From assembly GCA_030699545.1 (NCBI GenBank), contig JAUYMC010000128.1, positions 1 to 50,254 on the forward strand: a stretch of DNA of 50,254 bases, written 5' to 3'. The notes beneath the pieces were generated by a model, which was not told the origin of the DNA, did not search any database, and saw only the letters and a list, made by a program, of their open reading frames with translations. Positions within the stretch are counted from its first letter, which is position 1. The number at the start of each line of letters is the position of its first letter. Positions 17,517 to 26,798 of this stretch are shown here, one piece after another. A program made the position numbers and the translations under genes. This DNA comes from Gemmatimonadales bacterium. GTDB lineage: Bacteria; Gemmatimonadota; Gemmatimonadetes; Gemmatimonadales; GWC2-71-9.

Positions 17517-20093
17517 TTACGGGTTCCACCAGTACGTCGCCTTGATCATGAAGATGTTCTCGGCCGGCGCGCGCAGCATCCGGCGCATCGAGGGGCCGAA
17601 CGCGAAGTCCCCGACGTCGTCGGACGCCGAACGGCTCTGGGTCCAGACGAAATAGAGCGTCGAACCGGACATATACTCCCACCGCAGCACGGCGTTGCCG
17701 CGCAATGACTTGAAGTTGAAATCGGGACTGGCGATCGCCGCCGTCGGATCGAACGCATAGCTCCGCGGTCGCGCGAGCTGCTTGAACTCGTCGAACTTCC
17801 CCGCCGAGATGAGGGGCTGGGCGTAGACCTGCAGCGACAGAGTCGGGCTGTAGGTCCAATTCAGGCGGATGCCCGCCGACAGCTCCGTCTGGCGCAGCCG
17901 CGCGAACACGTACCGCGTCCCGTAGGTCGCGGTGGCGGCCGTGTCGGGAATGGCGTCCACGTACTGGAGCGGATTCAGCACCCTGGAGAAGCTCGGGCCC
18001 GCGCTGACCGACACGTTGGGCGCGGGACGGTACTGGACGTCGATCCCGCCCCGCCACTCGTGGTCGTCGGCATTGCGGTAATACGTGCCGGCGTAGCCGC
18101 TCAGCGTCCACGCCTTGCGGCCGTCGCTGCCCGCATTGATGCCCAGCTGATAGCCCGGGGGCGTGAGCGTGAGCGGGCCGCCGCGTGTGCGCCGGTTGTT
18201 CACGGTCCACGGGTTGTAGGCCAGATCCCAGTTGATCCAGTAGTAGTTGAGGAACTGCACGTACCCGAAGTTGAAGACGCCCGACCAGTTGATGTTGCCG
18301 TCCCAGTCGTAGTTGCGGAACAGCGCGCCGCCGGTCTCCGCATAGCGGAACACCTTCCCCGGCTTGGTCCAGGTGCGCCCGCCGCCCGCGTGCATGTTGA
18401 TCAGCCCGGTGCGCGACAGGAAGCCGAGGTCGTTGAGGTCGAAGCCGGGCGAGATCACGCCCACCGCCGCGTTGGCAAACGTCTTTCCGCGCTGCTTCGC
18501 CAGCGTGACGCGCCCCGCCATACCCGTGAGCGCGGTCGCATCCGGATCGACCGAGAGGTGCTCCGCGTCCGGCTGCTGGAAGTAATGGGTGGAGCTCCGC
18601 TGCACCGCCAGGATTCGCGCCGTGGTGCCCGAAATGCGCGAGGCGCCGATCCACCCGGTCGTCACCCACGTCTTGCTGCTGTCGAGGAACGTCCAGCCGT
18701 CCGCGCCGACCATCACGGAGCTGGCGTTCCGGGTATCGCGGAGCGCCGGCTCGTCGAACACGCGCGTCACCACGGTCGAGAGGAACCCCAGCCCCTGCGC
18801 GCCCTGATGGAACTCCTTTTGCGCCCGGTAGACGCCGTAGCCCGCGAGCGGCTCGATCTCCTGCGACCAGCGCGCGCCCAGGCTGTCGACCAGGGTCGCC
18901 CGCTCGCGCGCGGTGACGGCGGTCAACCCACCCACGTTCCAGCTGCCGCCCACCTTGCCGGTGAGCTTCACGGCGCCGAGGATGTGCGCGCCGCTCGGTC
19001 CGTCGGCAAAGCCCTTGGGCGGCGCCCCGACCGAGAGCGCCCGGCCGATGCGGCGGCTGTAGAAGAAACGCGGCCCGGGCCAGTTGAACCCCCAGAAGTT
19101 GCGCTGGCCGCCGAAGCCGAAATCGAAGACCGACGACCCTTCGACGAAGAACGGCCGCTTCTCGCCGAAGACCGTTTCGACGTCGCTCAGGTTCACGACG
19201 GCCGGGTCCACCTCGACCTGCCCGAAATCGGGGTTCACGGTCGCGTTGATCGTCAGATTCGATCCGAGGCCGATTTTTACATCCGCCCCCATGCCGGGCG
19301 CCAGCTCCGACCCGTCGTTGAACGGATCACCCGCACGATGCGGCGTGAACTCGGCACGCCCCGTCACGTACGGCAGCACCTCGAGGCGGCGCGGCGGCTC
19401 GATCCGCGTGATCCCTACGAGGTCGGGGAACCGCGAGACGAAGCCGCTCTGGTTCTTGGGTGTGTACACGAGGTACGCGTACTCGTTCTTGCGCGCGATG
19501 TCCCGCTTGAAGTTGATGCCCCACACGTACTCGGTTTGCTTGACGAACCGCAGCTGCGAGTAGGGAATGCGCAGCTCCGCCGTCCACCCCAGCGAATCGC
19601 GGCCGACTTTGCCCTCCCACACGCCGTCCCAACTGTTGTCGTCCCACACGTCGTTGTAGAGCGTGCCGTCGAACAGCGTGCCGGCCGCGCTGATGCCGAA
19701 GTAGAAGCCGCTCCGCTTGTCGTGATAGGGATCGATGAAGACGGTGAACCGGTCGGAGCTGGTGCCCTGATCGCGCCGCGCGAGGCGGGCGACGATGGAA
19801 TCGGGATGCGCGTCGTACAGCCGCGCGCCGATGTACAGCGCGGCGTCGTCGTACGCGATGTAGACGACCGTGCTCTCCGTCGCGGCCGCCCCCTCGACCG
19901 GATCGCGCTGCAACAAGCCCGACACCCGCTCGGCCGTCCGCCACAGCGGCTCGCGCAGATCGCCGTCCACGGTGAACGGGTGGGCCACCCGCACCGCCCG
20001 GACCTGGAGCGGCGCCGTCGCGGGCGAGTCGGCTGGAGCGGCCGCCGGCTGAATCGCGGCCAGAAGCGCAACGAGGGGAAGCGTCGTCGGCAT
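17517..20093 (-). CDS. CBM9-like / DUF5916-like outer-membrane protein of unknown function
   Basis: 858 aa with a signal peptide. The N-terminal segment is FTVDGDLREPLWRTAERVSGLLQRDPVEGAAATESTVVYIAYDDAALYIGARLYDAHPDSIVARLARRDQGTSSDRFTVFIDPYHDKRSGFYFGISAAG. A long beta-rich region ends in an aromatic-rich C-terminus. The family name is recalled from memory. Confidence 0.7.
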   Translation of the reverse strand: MPTTLPLVALLAAIQPAAAPADSPATAPLQVRAVRVAHPFTVDGDLREPLWRTAERVSGLLQRDPVEGAAATESTVVYIAYDDAALYIGARLYDAHPDSIVARLARRDQGTSSDRFTVFIDPYHDKRSGFYFGISAAGTLFDGTLYNDVWDDNSWDGVWEGKVGRDSLGWTAELRIPYSQLRFVKQTEYVWGINFKRDIARKNEYAYLVYTPKNQSGFVSRFPDLVGITRIEPPRRLEVLPYVTGRAEFTPHRAGDPFNDGSELAPGMGADVKIGLGSNLTINATVNPDFGQVEVDPAVVNLSDVETVFGEKRPFFVEGSSVFDFGFGGQRNFWGFNWPGPRFFYSRRIGRALSVGAPPKGFADGPSGAHILGAVKLTGKVGGSWNVGGLTAVTARERATLVDSLGARWSQEIEPLAGYGVYRAQKEFHQGAQGLGFLSTVVTRVFDEPALRDTRNASSVMVGADGWTFLDSSKTWVTTGWIGASRISGTTARILAVQRSSTHYFQQPDAEHLSVDPDATALTGMAGRVTLAKQRGKTFANAAVGVISPGFDLNDLGFLSRTGLINMHAGGGRTWTKPGKVFRYAETGGALFRNYDWDGNINWSGVFNFGYVQFLNYYWINWDLAYNPWTVNNRRTRGGPLTLTPPGYQLGINAGSDGRKAWTLSGYAGTYYRNADDHEWRGGIDVQYRPAPNVSVSAGPSFSRVLNPLQYVDAIPDTAATATYGTRYVFARLRQTELSAGIRLNWTYSPTLSLQVYAQPLISAGKFDEFKQLARPRSYAFDPTAAIASPDFNFKSLRGNAVLRWEYMSGSTLYFVWTQSRSASDDVGDFAFGPSMRRMLRAPAENIFMIKATYWWNP

Positions 20094-20205
20094 AGTACGC
20101 CCGGCTGGTGTTGGATGGTGAACTCCGATCGCGGACGCTGACGGCGGGCGCGCGGTGGTTACCGATCCATATGACAGGGGGTGAAGCGAAAAGGTTGCAA
20201 CAGGC

Positions 20206-21000
20206 TTAAACGCGGCGGAGCACCCCGCGAATGACCGTGCCCAGGCTCGTGGCGACCTTCGCGCCGACTGTCAGGACTTCGTCATGAGATAGCCCGGCCC
20301 CCGCCGCCGCATTGGTAATCGACGAAAATCCCAGGCACCGAATGCCCCTGGATCGGGCCACGATCACCTCCGGGACCGTCGACATCCCCACGGCATCCCC
20401 ACCCCACCGTTCCAACATGCGCACTTCCGCCGGCGTCTCGTACGACGGCCCCAGGAGACCCACGTACACTCCCTCTTCGAGCGGGACTCCGGCTTCGCGC
20501 GCGGCCGCGCGAGCGTGCGCGCGCAGTGTCGCGTCGTACGGCTCGTGCAGCAGCGGGAAGCGCTGTTCCCCCGCCCGCACCGGCCCGGTCAGCGGATTGC
20601 GCCACATGAGATTGATGTGGTCGGCGATCAGCATCAGCGTCCCGGCCTGAAACGTCCGGCGCAGCGCGCCCGCGGCGTTGGTGACGATCAGGATTTCGAC
20701 GCCCAGGCCCGCGAACACCCGCGTCGGCAGCGCGGCGACCGCGGGGGCATGGCCCTCGTATAGATGAAAGCGCCCGGACTGGGCGATGACCCGAACGCCT
20801 TCGAGCGTCCCGGCGACGAGCTCGCCGTTGTGCCCGGCGACGCCCGGCTCGGGAAACCCCGGGATCTCGGCGTAGGGGATGCGCAGGGGGTGGTCGATCT
20901 CCTCGGCGAGGAAGCCCAGACCCGATCCCAGCACGATGGCGACCCGAGGCCGGAAAGACCCCAACCGGTTCGCCACGGCCGCGGTGCTTTCCTGCACCAC
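20206..21000 (-). CDS. punA: Purine nucleoside phosphorylase (inosine/guanosine type)
   Basis: GTG start. It shows VAIVLGSGLG, PGFPEPGVAGHNGELVAGTLEGVRVIAQSGRFHLYEGH, GPSYETPAE and GMSTVPEV. Confidence 0.9.
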   Translation of the reverse strand: MVQESTAAVANRLGSFRPRVAIVLGSGLGFLAEEIDHPLRIPYAEIPGFPEPGVAGHNGELVAGTLEGVRVIAQSGRFHLYEGHAPAVAALPTRVFAGLGVEILIVTNAAGALRRTFQAGTLMLIADHINLMWRNPLTGPVRAGEQRFPLLHEPYDATLRAHARAAAREAGVPLEEGVYVGLLGPSYETPAEVRMLERWGGDAVGMSTVPEVIVARSRGIRCLGFSSITNAAAGAGLSHDEVLTVGAKVATSLGTVIRGVLRRV

Positions 21001-21038
21001 GCTTCCCGCTGCCCCCTTCCCGTTTCCCGGCTTTTTCG

Positions 21039-22388
21039 TCAGACGAGCATTCCCGCGATCGAGGCGCTCATGAACGCCGCCAGGTTGCCGGCGATCATCG
21101 CGCGCAGCCCCAGCCGGGCGACATCGGGGCGGCGCTCGGGCGCGAGCCCGCCGATCCCGCCGATCTGGATCGCGATGGACGAGAGGTTCGCGAACCCCAG
21201 CAGGCAGTACGTGGTCATGACCGCGGCCTTGGGGCTGATCACCAGGCCTTCGCTCATTTGCCTGCCGAAATCGGCATACGCCACGAACTCATTCAAGATC
21301 GCCTTCACGCCGATGAACGACCCGACGGTGTCGGCGTCCGCGGGCGGCACGCCCATGAGGACCGTGATCGGCCAGAGGGCCTTCCCGAGCAGCCACTGCA
21401 GCGTGACTTCCGGATGTCCGAACAGCCCCGCGACCCAGCTGACGCCGAAGTTCAGCAGCGCGACGAGCGCGACGAACGCCATGAGCATGGCGGCGACGTT
21501 GATCGCGAGCTGCACGCCGGTGGCGGCGCCTGACGCGGCCGCTTCGATGACGTTGGCCTCGCGTTTCTCCACCACGATGTGCAGCGTGTCCCGCGTCTCG
21601 GGAACACCCGTTTCCGGAAGCAGCATCTTGGACAGGAGGAGTCCCGCCGGCGCATTCATCACGCTGGCGGTGAGCAGATGACCCGCGATGTCGGGGAAGT
21701 ATCCCTTCAGCATGCCGACGTACGCCGCCATGACCCCGCCGGCCACGGTCGCGAAGCCGCCGACCATCACGGTGTTCAGCTCGGAGTTCGTCATTTTCGA
21801 GACGAACGGCTTGATCAGGAGCGGCGCCTCGGTCTGCCCCAGGAAGATGTTGCCGGCGGCCGACAGCGTCTCCGCACCCGACGTGCGCAGCGTCTTCTGC
21901 ATCACCCAGGCGATCCCTTTGACGATCCACTGCATGATGTTCAGGTAGTACAGCACCGTCATCAGCGCCGAGAAGAAGATGATCGTAGGCAGCACGTTGA
22001 AGGCGAAGAACGCGCCGGTCAGCGCGAAGCCCTCGGCGCCCCCGCCCAGCGGGACGGTGTTCTGCACCAGGTTGCCGAACACGAACCGGGCGCCCTGCTC
22101 CTGAAACGACAGCAGTCCGGTCACCACGTTGTTTGCAAAGCTGAACAGCGCGCGGCCGACGGGCGTCTTGAGGACGAGGGCGCCGAGCGCGATCTGCAAC
22201 AGCACGCCGGCCCCCACCATCCGCCAGTTGATCCGTTTGCGGTCGTAGGAGATGGCATAGGCGATGGCCAGCATCGTGGCGATGCCGACGAGGCCCATGA
22301 GACGCTCGAGGAATGGCGTGTCCAGCGTCGCCCCGCGCGCTTCGGCCAGCCGCTCCGCGGCGGTCTGCAGCAGAAACCAACCGGTCAT
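21039..22388 (-). CDS. nupC: NupC/CNT-family nucleoside transporter
   Basis: A 449-aa polytopic protein with FVFGNL, GGFATVAGGVMAAYV and a C-terminal SASIAGML-type segment. Its start overlaps the add stop (ATGA). Confidence 0.9.
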   Translation of the reverse strand: MTGWFLLQTAAERLAEARGATLDTPFLERLMGLVGIATMLAIAYAISYDRKRINWRMVGAGVLLQIALGALVLKTPVGRALFSFANNVVTGLLSFQEQGARFVFGNLVQNTVPLGGGAEGFALTGAFFAFNVLPTIIFFSALMTVLYYLNIMQWIVKGIAWVMQKTLRTSGAETLSAAGNIFLGQTEAPLLIKPFVSKMTNSELNTVMVGGFATVAGGVMAAYVGMLKGYFPDIAGHLLTASVMNAPAGLLLSKMLLPETGVPETRDTLHIVVEKREANVIEAAASGAATGVQLAINVAAMLMAFVALVALLNFGVSWVAGLFGHPEVTLQWLLGKALWPITVLMGVPPADADTVGSFIGVKAILNEFVAYADFGRQMSEGLVISPKAAVMTTYCLLGFANLSSIAIQIGGIGGLAPERRPDVARLGLRAMIAGNLAAFMSASIAGMLV

Positions 22389-23626
22389 CGCAACGCCTCC
22401 AATTCGCTTTGGACGCGGGACACCAGGGCGACCTTCTCGAACTCCGGCAGGAACGCGCTCTCGCAGGTGTTGAGCACCACCCGGGCCAGCTCGGCCGGCG
22501 ACAATCCGAGGGCGGTGTGCGCGAGGAAATACTCGTCGGTCAGCGTGATGCCGTCAGTCAGCCGACCGTCGGTGTTGAGGGTGACGACGACGCCCTGCTG
22601 GAGATACCGCTTGAATGGATGCTCCGCCACCGACGCCACGGCGTGCGTATGCACGTTACTGGACAGGCACATCTCCAGGGGAATCCGGCGCGCGATCACC
22701 TCTTCCAGCAATCCCGGGTCTTCGCCCAGGCGCGTCCCATGCCCGATGCGCTGCGCGCCGACCTCGTGCAGCGCCTGATGAATCGAATGCGGGCCGTCGC
22801 CTTCGCCGGCGTGACAGGTGCAGGCCATTCCGTGCGCCGCGGCGTACTCGAACGCGGCGCGATGCTCGGCCGCGGGATGCCCCCGCTCCGCCCCTGCGAG
22901 ATCGAACCCCAGCACCCCGCTGGCGAGATAGTCGGCCGCGGCATGCGCCAGCTCCAGCGACTCGGCCGGCGGGCGCGTGCGGATCGCGCAGACGATGAGC
23001 CCGACCTTGATGCCGGTCTCGGCCGCGCCGCGGCGGATTCCCGCGAGCGGCGCCTCGATCGCCTGTGACAGCGTGAGCGCGGGACGGTGCAGCAACGGCG
23101 AGTAGCGCACTTCGACGTAGCGGACGTTCTCGGCGGCGACGTCGAGCACGAATTCGTAGGCCACGCGCTCCAGCGCGGCCGCCGACTGCAGCACCGACAA
23201 CGTCACGTCGTAGATCTGGAGATACTCTTCGAGATTGCGGGCGTCGCGGACCAGCATGGCCTTCGCCAGAGCCTCGGGCGTATCGGCCGGCAGCCGGATG
23301 CCGGCATCACGCCCGAGCTCCAGCATCGTGGCCGGCCGGAGCGCCCCATCGAGATGCACATGCAGCTCCGCCTTGGGCCAGCGCCGCAGCGCGTCGCGGG
23401 TCAGGCGAGGCGCCGTCTCGCGGCGGGCGGACACGACTACGCGCAGAACGGCGCCCGCCTCCCCGACTGCGTCGGCGGCATCGAGGGTCCGCCCCATCGC
23501 GTCGGTTACATAGGCGTGCGCCTCTTCAAGCAGCCGGGCCAGCGCGCTGTCGGCGACGGCCACCGCGTCGCGTACCGACGCGCCGCGGGGGACGTCGATC
23601 GGTTGTTCATTGACGAAAACGCGCAT
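22385..23626 (-). CDS. add: Adenosine deaminase with ~85-aa N-terminal extension
   Basis: PKAELHVHLDGALRPATMLELG, CHAGE and TLNTDG are metal and catalytic motifs of adenosine deaminase. The ATG at 23626 overlaps the upstream TGA (TGATG). The extra N-terminal segment is MRVFVNEQPIDVPRGASVRDAV... Confidence 0.9.
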   Translation of the reverse strand: MRVFVNEQPIDVPRGASVRDAVAVADSALARLLEEAHAYVTDAMGRTLDAADAVGEAGAVLRVVVSARRETAPRLTRDALRRWPKAELHVHLDGALRPATMLELGRDAGIRLPADTPEALAKAMLVRDARNLEEYLQIYDVTLSVLQSAAALERVAYEFVLDVAAENVRYVEVRYSPLLHRPALTLSQAIEAPLAGIRRGAAETGIKVGLIVCAIRTRPPAESLELAHAAADYLASGVLGFDLAGAERGHPAAEHRAAFEYAAAHGMACTCHAGEGDGPHSIHQALHEVGAQRIGHGTRLGEDPGLLEEVIARRIPLEMCLSSNVHTHAVASVAEHPFKRYLQQGVVVTLNTDGRLTDGITLTDEYFLAHTALGLSPAELARVVLNTCESAFLPEFEKVALVSRVQSELEALR

Positions 23627-26600
23627 CAACTGCCGGCTCGATGGAACCGGCCGTCCGCCGGCGCCTCCACCGGGGCGCGCAGCACGCCCAGATAGCGGAT
23701 CAGGGCCTCGATATCGAGGATGTCGAGATCCTGGGCGGGGAGGCCGCGCAGCATCGCGAACCCCGAGCCCCCCGTCGCCATGAAGTCGCTCACGGCGATG
23801 GCGTAGATGCGACTATTCTCGACGCCTCGACCATTGTCGAGGCGGGTCCGCGTAATCCGCCGCCCCGCCGGCCGGCGCGGGTCGTACCACACTTCCACCC
23901 CCGCGATGTGGCAGTCCACACGGCTCCCCGAGACGCAGTGCTCCAGCGCCGCCAGGATCACCGAGCCGCGCGCCTGCAACCGCTGCAGCCGGTTGTTGAA
24001 CGGCTGGACCTGATAGACGTCGCCCCACGTGATCGCGCCGGCCGGCAGATCGGCGCGGATGCCGCCGTTGTTCATGATCGCGATATCGGCCTTGCCGACG
24101 TTGCGCTGCGCGTCGGCGATCAGCCGGCCGAGGGCGTACTCCTCCCCTTCCCGCTTCAGCGGAAACTTCAGCCGGCCCACCACGCGGCTCGTCACATTGC
24201 GAATGGCCTGCTGCTGGCGCGCGAGCGCCGCCACGAGCGCCGGATCGGGGCGCACCTGATCGGCGAACGGCGTCACATGCTGCACGCGGACTTCGCGCTT
24301 CCCGGCCACGCGGACGAAATCGACGATCGCGATCGACCGCGCGCTCGACGCCGCTTCGACGATCGGGATGCCGTTGACAACGGTGTTGACCCGGGTGTGC
24401 GTGTGCCCCGCAACGATCAGGTCCACGGAGCCGGAATCGAGCTGGCGCGCGACGTCGATGATCTCGCCGCGGCAGGCGAGCGAATCGCAGAACGCCCCTT
24501 CGTGCGCCACGACGATGACAAAGTCCGCGGCGTCGCGCGCCATCGGCAGATAGCGGCGGACCGCCTGTGCGCCATTGCCGAAGGCGAGCCCGCGCACGTT
24601 GCGGGGCGCGGTATTGGTGGGCGTGGCTTGCAGCGCGAGGCCGATCACCGCGATGCGTGTACCGTCCTTCGTCACCACCGCCCACGGCCGCGCCCACTCC
24701 GGCCGCGCCGATCCGATCGAGTCGGTGATGTTCGCGGCGAGGAACGGATACCGCGCCTCGCGCATCCGCTGGCGCAGCGTGTCGATCGACCAGTCGAACT
24801 CGTGGTTCCCGATCGCCGCGGCATCGATGCCGAGCGCGTTCAGCGCTTCGATGGTGGCGCGGCCGTAGGTCACGTTGGAGAGCGGCGTCCCCTGCATCTG
24901 ATCGCCCGCGTCGAGGCGGACGCTGGTGCAGCCGCAGGCGCGGGCGAGGCTGTCGAGCCACGGCTTGAGGGCGGCCGCGCCGCCGACCGGCCGGTTGGCG
25001 GACCAGTCCCAGACGCGCGCCTCGAGCTGGCCGTGGAAGTCGGCGATCGCGAGGACACGCAGCACCGTGCTGTCGGCGGCGCGGGTGACCGGTGTCGCAG
25101 GAGCGAACGCCGCTCTGGCCGCGGCTCGCGCCTCCGGCGGCACGATGCCCCAGCTCGGCCGCAAATACGCGCGCGCAGCGATCGCGCGCGCCCGCCGGAT
25201 CTCGTCGGCGAGCAGCGTCCGAATGTCCTCGCCCCGGTCGTAGATCACCGGGGCCCCTGCGAGCATCGAGTAGCCGCCGCCCCCGGCCTGGCGGTAGCTG
25301 TTGATCGCCAGCGTGAAGCTGTCGCCCGGCTGCACGATCCGCCCTTCATACGCCAGCCCGCGAATGCGCTGCCCCACCGGACGCGACAGATCGATGTTGT
25401 ACGCGACGCCGCTGACGACGTCGAAGTTGTAGCCCGGCACGCTGTCGTTGATGATCCGCGATCGGCCGTCGTAGGTGCGGAAGTAGCGGGCGGAATGCTC
25501 GAGGAATTGCCGCAGCTGCAAGCCCGAGATGCGCACCGCGCGGAGGGTGTTTTCGTAGGGATAGATCCCGGCGAGATCGCGCAGATGCACTTCGCCCGCC
25601 GGCAGACCCCCCCGTGCATCGAACGCCGCGGCCGCCGAGAGCTGCGCGCCGGTTTGGCGCCGCTGGACTTCGTTGATGAAGTCGAGCAGCGGCGTGTCCT
25701 GCACGCGCGCATATCGCGCCTCGAAGCCGGCGCCGGCCGTGCCGAGGGGGGTGGCGGCCCAGAGACGCACCGCTTCGTGCGCCGCTTCCAACCGCCGCAC
25801 GAAGCGTGGCAGTTGGGGCACGGTGGCCAGCGGGATGAGATCGGCGCGGACATCCGTGACGCGCCACCTGCTCCCGGCTCCCTGCTCCCGGCTCATTCGT
25901 ACGTGCACCACCGACAGACTCTGCGCCCAGTTCTTCGGCTGCACGAAGTGGACACCGTTGATGACGGTGTCGCGGATCTCGCGGTGACTGTGGCCGACGA
26001 TCACCACGTCGGGTTTGGGAGAGGCGGTCGCGAGCGCCGCCGCGTCGTCTTCCGGTCCGATGCCGGTGGTGTCGTAGCTCGATGGTCCGCTGAGGCCGCT
26101 GTGCACGATCGCGATCTTGAGATCGGCGCCCTCGCGCTCCAGTCGCGCGAACGCGGCCGGCGCCGCCTCGGCGATCCGGCGCACGCGCGCCTTTCCGGCG
26201 AGATGCGCCCGGTTCCACACCATGACGCCGGGCGTCGTGAAGCCGGTGACGCCGACCCGGACAGGCCCGCGGAGGAGAATCGCCGTGGGCTTGAGGAGCG
26301 GCGCTCCGGTCGAGTCATCGACGTTCGCCGCCACGTACTGATAGGTCGCGACGAGTCCCGCGCGCCGTAGCAGCGGCAGCCCGAAGTCGAAGTCGTGATT
26401 GCCGGGCGTGGCGACGTCATACTGGAGCGCGTTGAGCGCGTCCACCACGGAGTGCGGCTGGCGTCGATCTTCCCGGGCGAAGAAGGCCGCGAACGGATTG
26501 CCCTGCAGCAGGTCGCCCGCGTCGAGCAGCACGATGCGGCCGGGGTAGCGAGCGCGCAGGGTCTCGAGCATCGTCGCGGCGCGGGCGAGGCCGCCGGGCG

Positions 26601-26754
26601 CCGCGGCGTCCCGGACGTAGTCCCAGCCGAACACGCGGCCGTGCACGTCGGTCGTGGCGATGATGACGATGTGGGCCGTATCGGCGGCGGAAGACGGCGC
26701 GGGCGTCTGAACGGCGGCGAGCAGCAACGCGCACACGAGATGCATAGTGCGCAC
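23626..26754 (-). CDS. Secreted tandem (duplicated) metallophosphatase/5'-nucleotidase
   Basis: 1042 aa with signal peptide MHLVCALLLAAVQTPAPSSA. Module 1 shows TTDVHGR, DAGDLLQGNP, GNHDFDFG and VGHSH plus a 5'-nucleotidase C-domain. Module 2 shows IADFHGQ, DAGDQMQGTP, GNHEFDW and AGHTH plus NNGGIRADLPAGAITWGDVYQVQPFNN. Confidence 0.85.
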   Translation of the reverse strand: MRTMHLVCALLLAAVQTPAPSSAADTAHIVIIATTDVHGRVFGWDYVRDAAAPGGLARAATMLETLRARYPGRIVLLDAGDLLQGNPFAAFFAREDRRQPHSVVDALNALQYDVATPGNHDFDFGLPLLRRAGLVATYQYVAANVDDSTGAPLLKPTAILLRGPVRVGVTGFTTPGVMVWNRAHLAGKARVRRIAEAAPAAFARLEREGADLKIAIVHSGLSGPSSYDTTGIGPEDDAAALATASPKPDVVIVGHSHREIRDTVINGVHFVQPKNWAQSLSVVHVRMSREQGAGSRWRVTDVRADLIPLATVPQLPRFVRRLEAAHEAVRLWAATPLGTAGAGFEARYARVQDTPLLDFINEVQRRQTGAQLSAAAAFDARGGLPAGEVHLRDLAGIYPYENTLRAVRISGLQLRQFLEHSARYFRTYDGRSRIINDSVPGYNFDVVSGVAYNIDLSRPVGQRIRGLAYEGRIVQPGDSFTLAINSYRQAGGGGYSMLAGAPVIYDRGEDIRTLLADEIRRARAIAARAYLRPSWGIVPPEARAAARAAFAPATPVTRAADSTVLRVLAIADFHGQLEARVWDWSANRPVGGAAALKPWLDSLARACGCTSVRLDAGDQMQGTPLSNVTYGRATIEALNALGIDAAAIGNHEFDWSIDTLRQRMREARYPFLAANITDSIGSARPEWARPWAVVTKDGTRIAVIGLALQATPTNTAPRNVRGLAFGNGAQAVRRYLPMARDAADFVIVVAHEGAFCDSLACRGEIIDVARQLDSGSVDLIVAGHTHTRVNTVVNGIPIVEAASSARSIAIVDFVRVAGKREVRVQHVTPFADQVRPDPALVAALARQQQAIRNVTSRVVGRLKFPLKREGEEYALGRLIADAQRNVGKADIAIMNNGGIRADLPAGAITWGDVYQVQPFNNRLQRLQARGSVILAALEHCVSGSRVDCHIAGVEVWYDPRRPAGRRITRTRLDNGRGVENSRIYAIAVSDFMATGGSGFAMLRGLPAQDLDILDIEALIRYLGVLRAPVEAPADGRFHRAGS

Positions 26755-26798
26755 AAAATTGCCAAACGGTCCGCCCCTTCGCTACCTTCCGCCTCGAC

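Noticed and set aside
20150-20190. Pho-box-like sequence (CTGTCAT on the minus strand, GTTAC nearby) upstream of the DUF5916-like gene.
   Set aside because: The half-sites are spaced 13 and 10 nt apart rather than in the 11-bp register seen at the four other sites. It is a single weak occurrence.
26755-26798. Expected a shared Pho box in the 44-bp phoB / 5'-nucleotidase divergent intergenic region.
   Set aside because: No GTNAC heptamers or 11-bp phased repeats are present. Pho regulation of these two units therefore remains an inference from context only.
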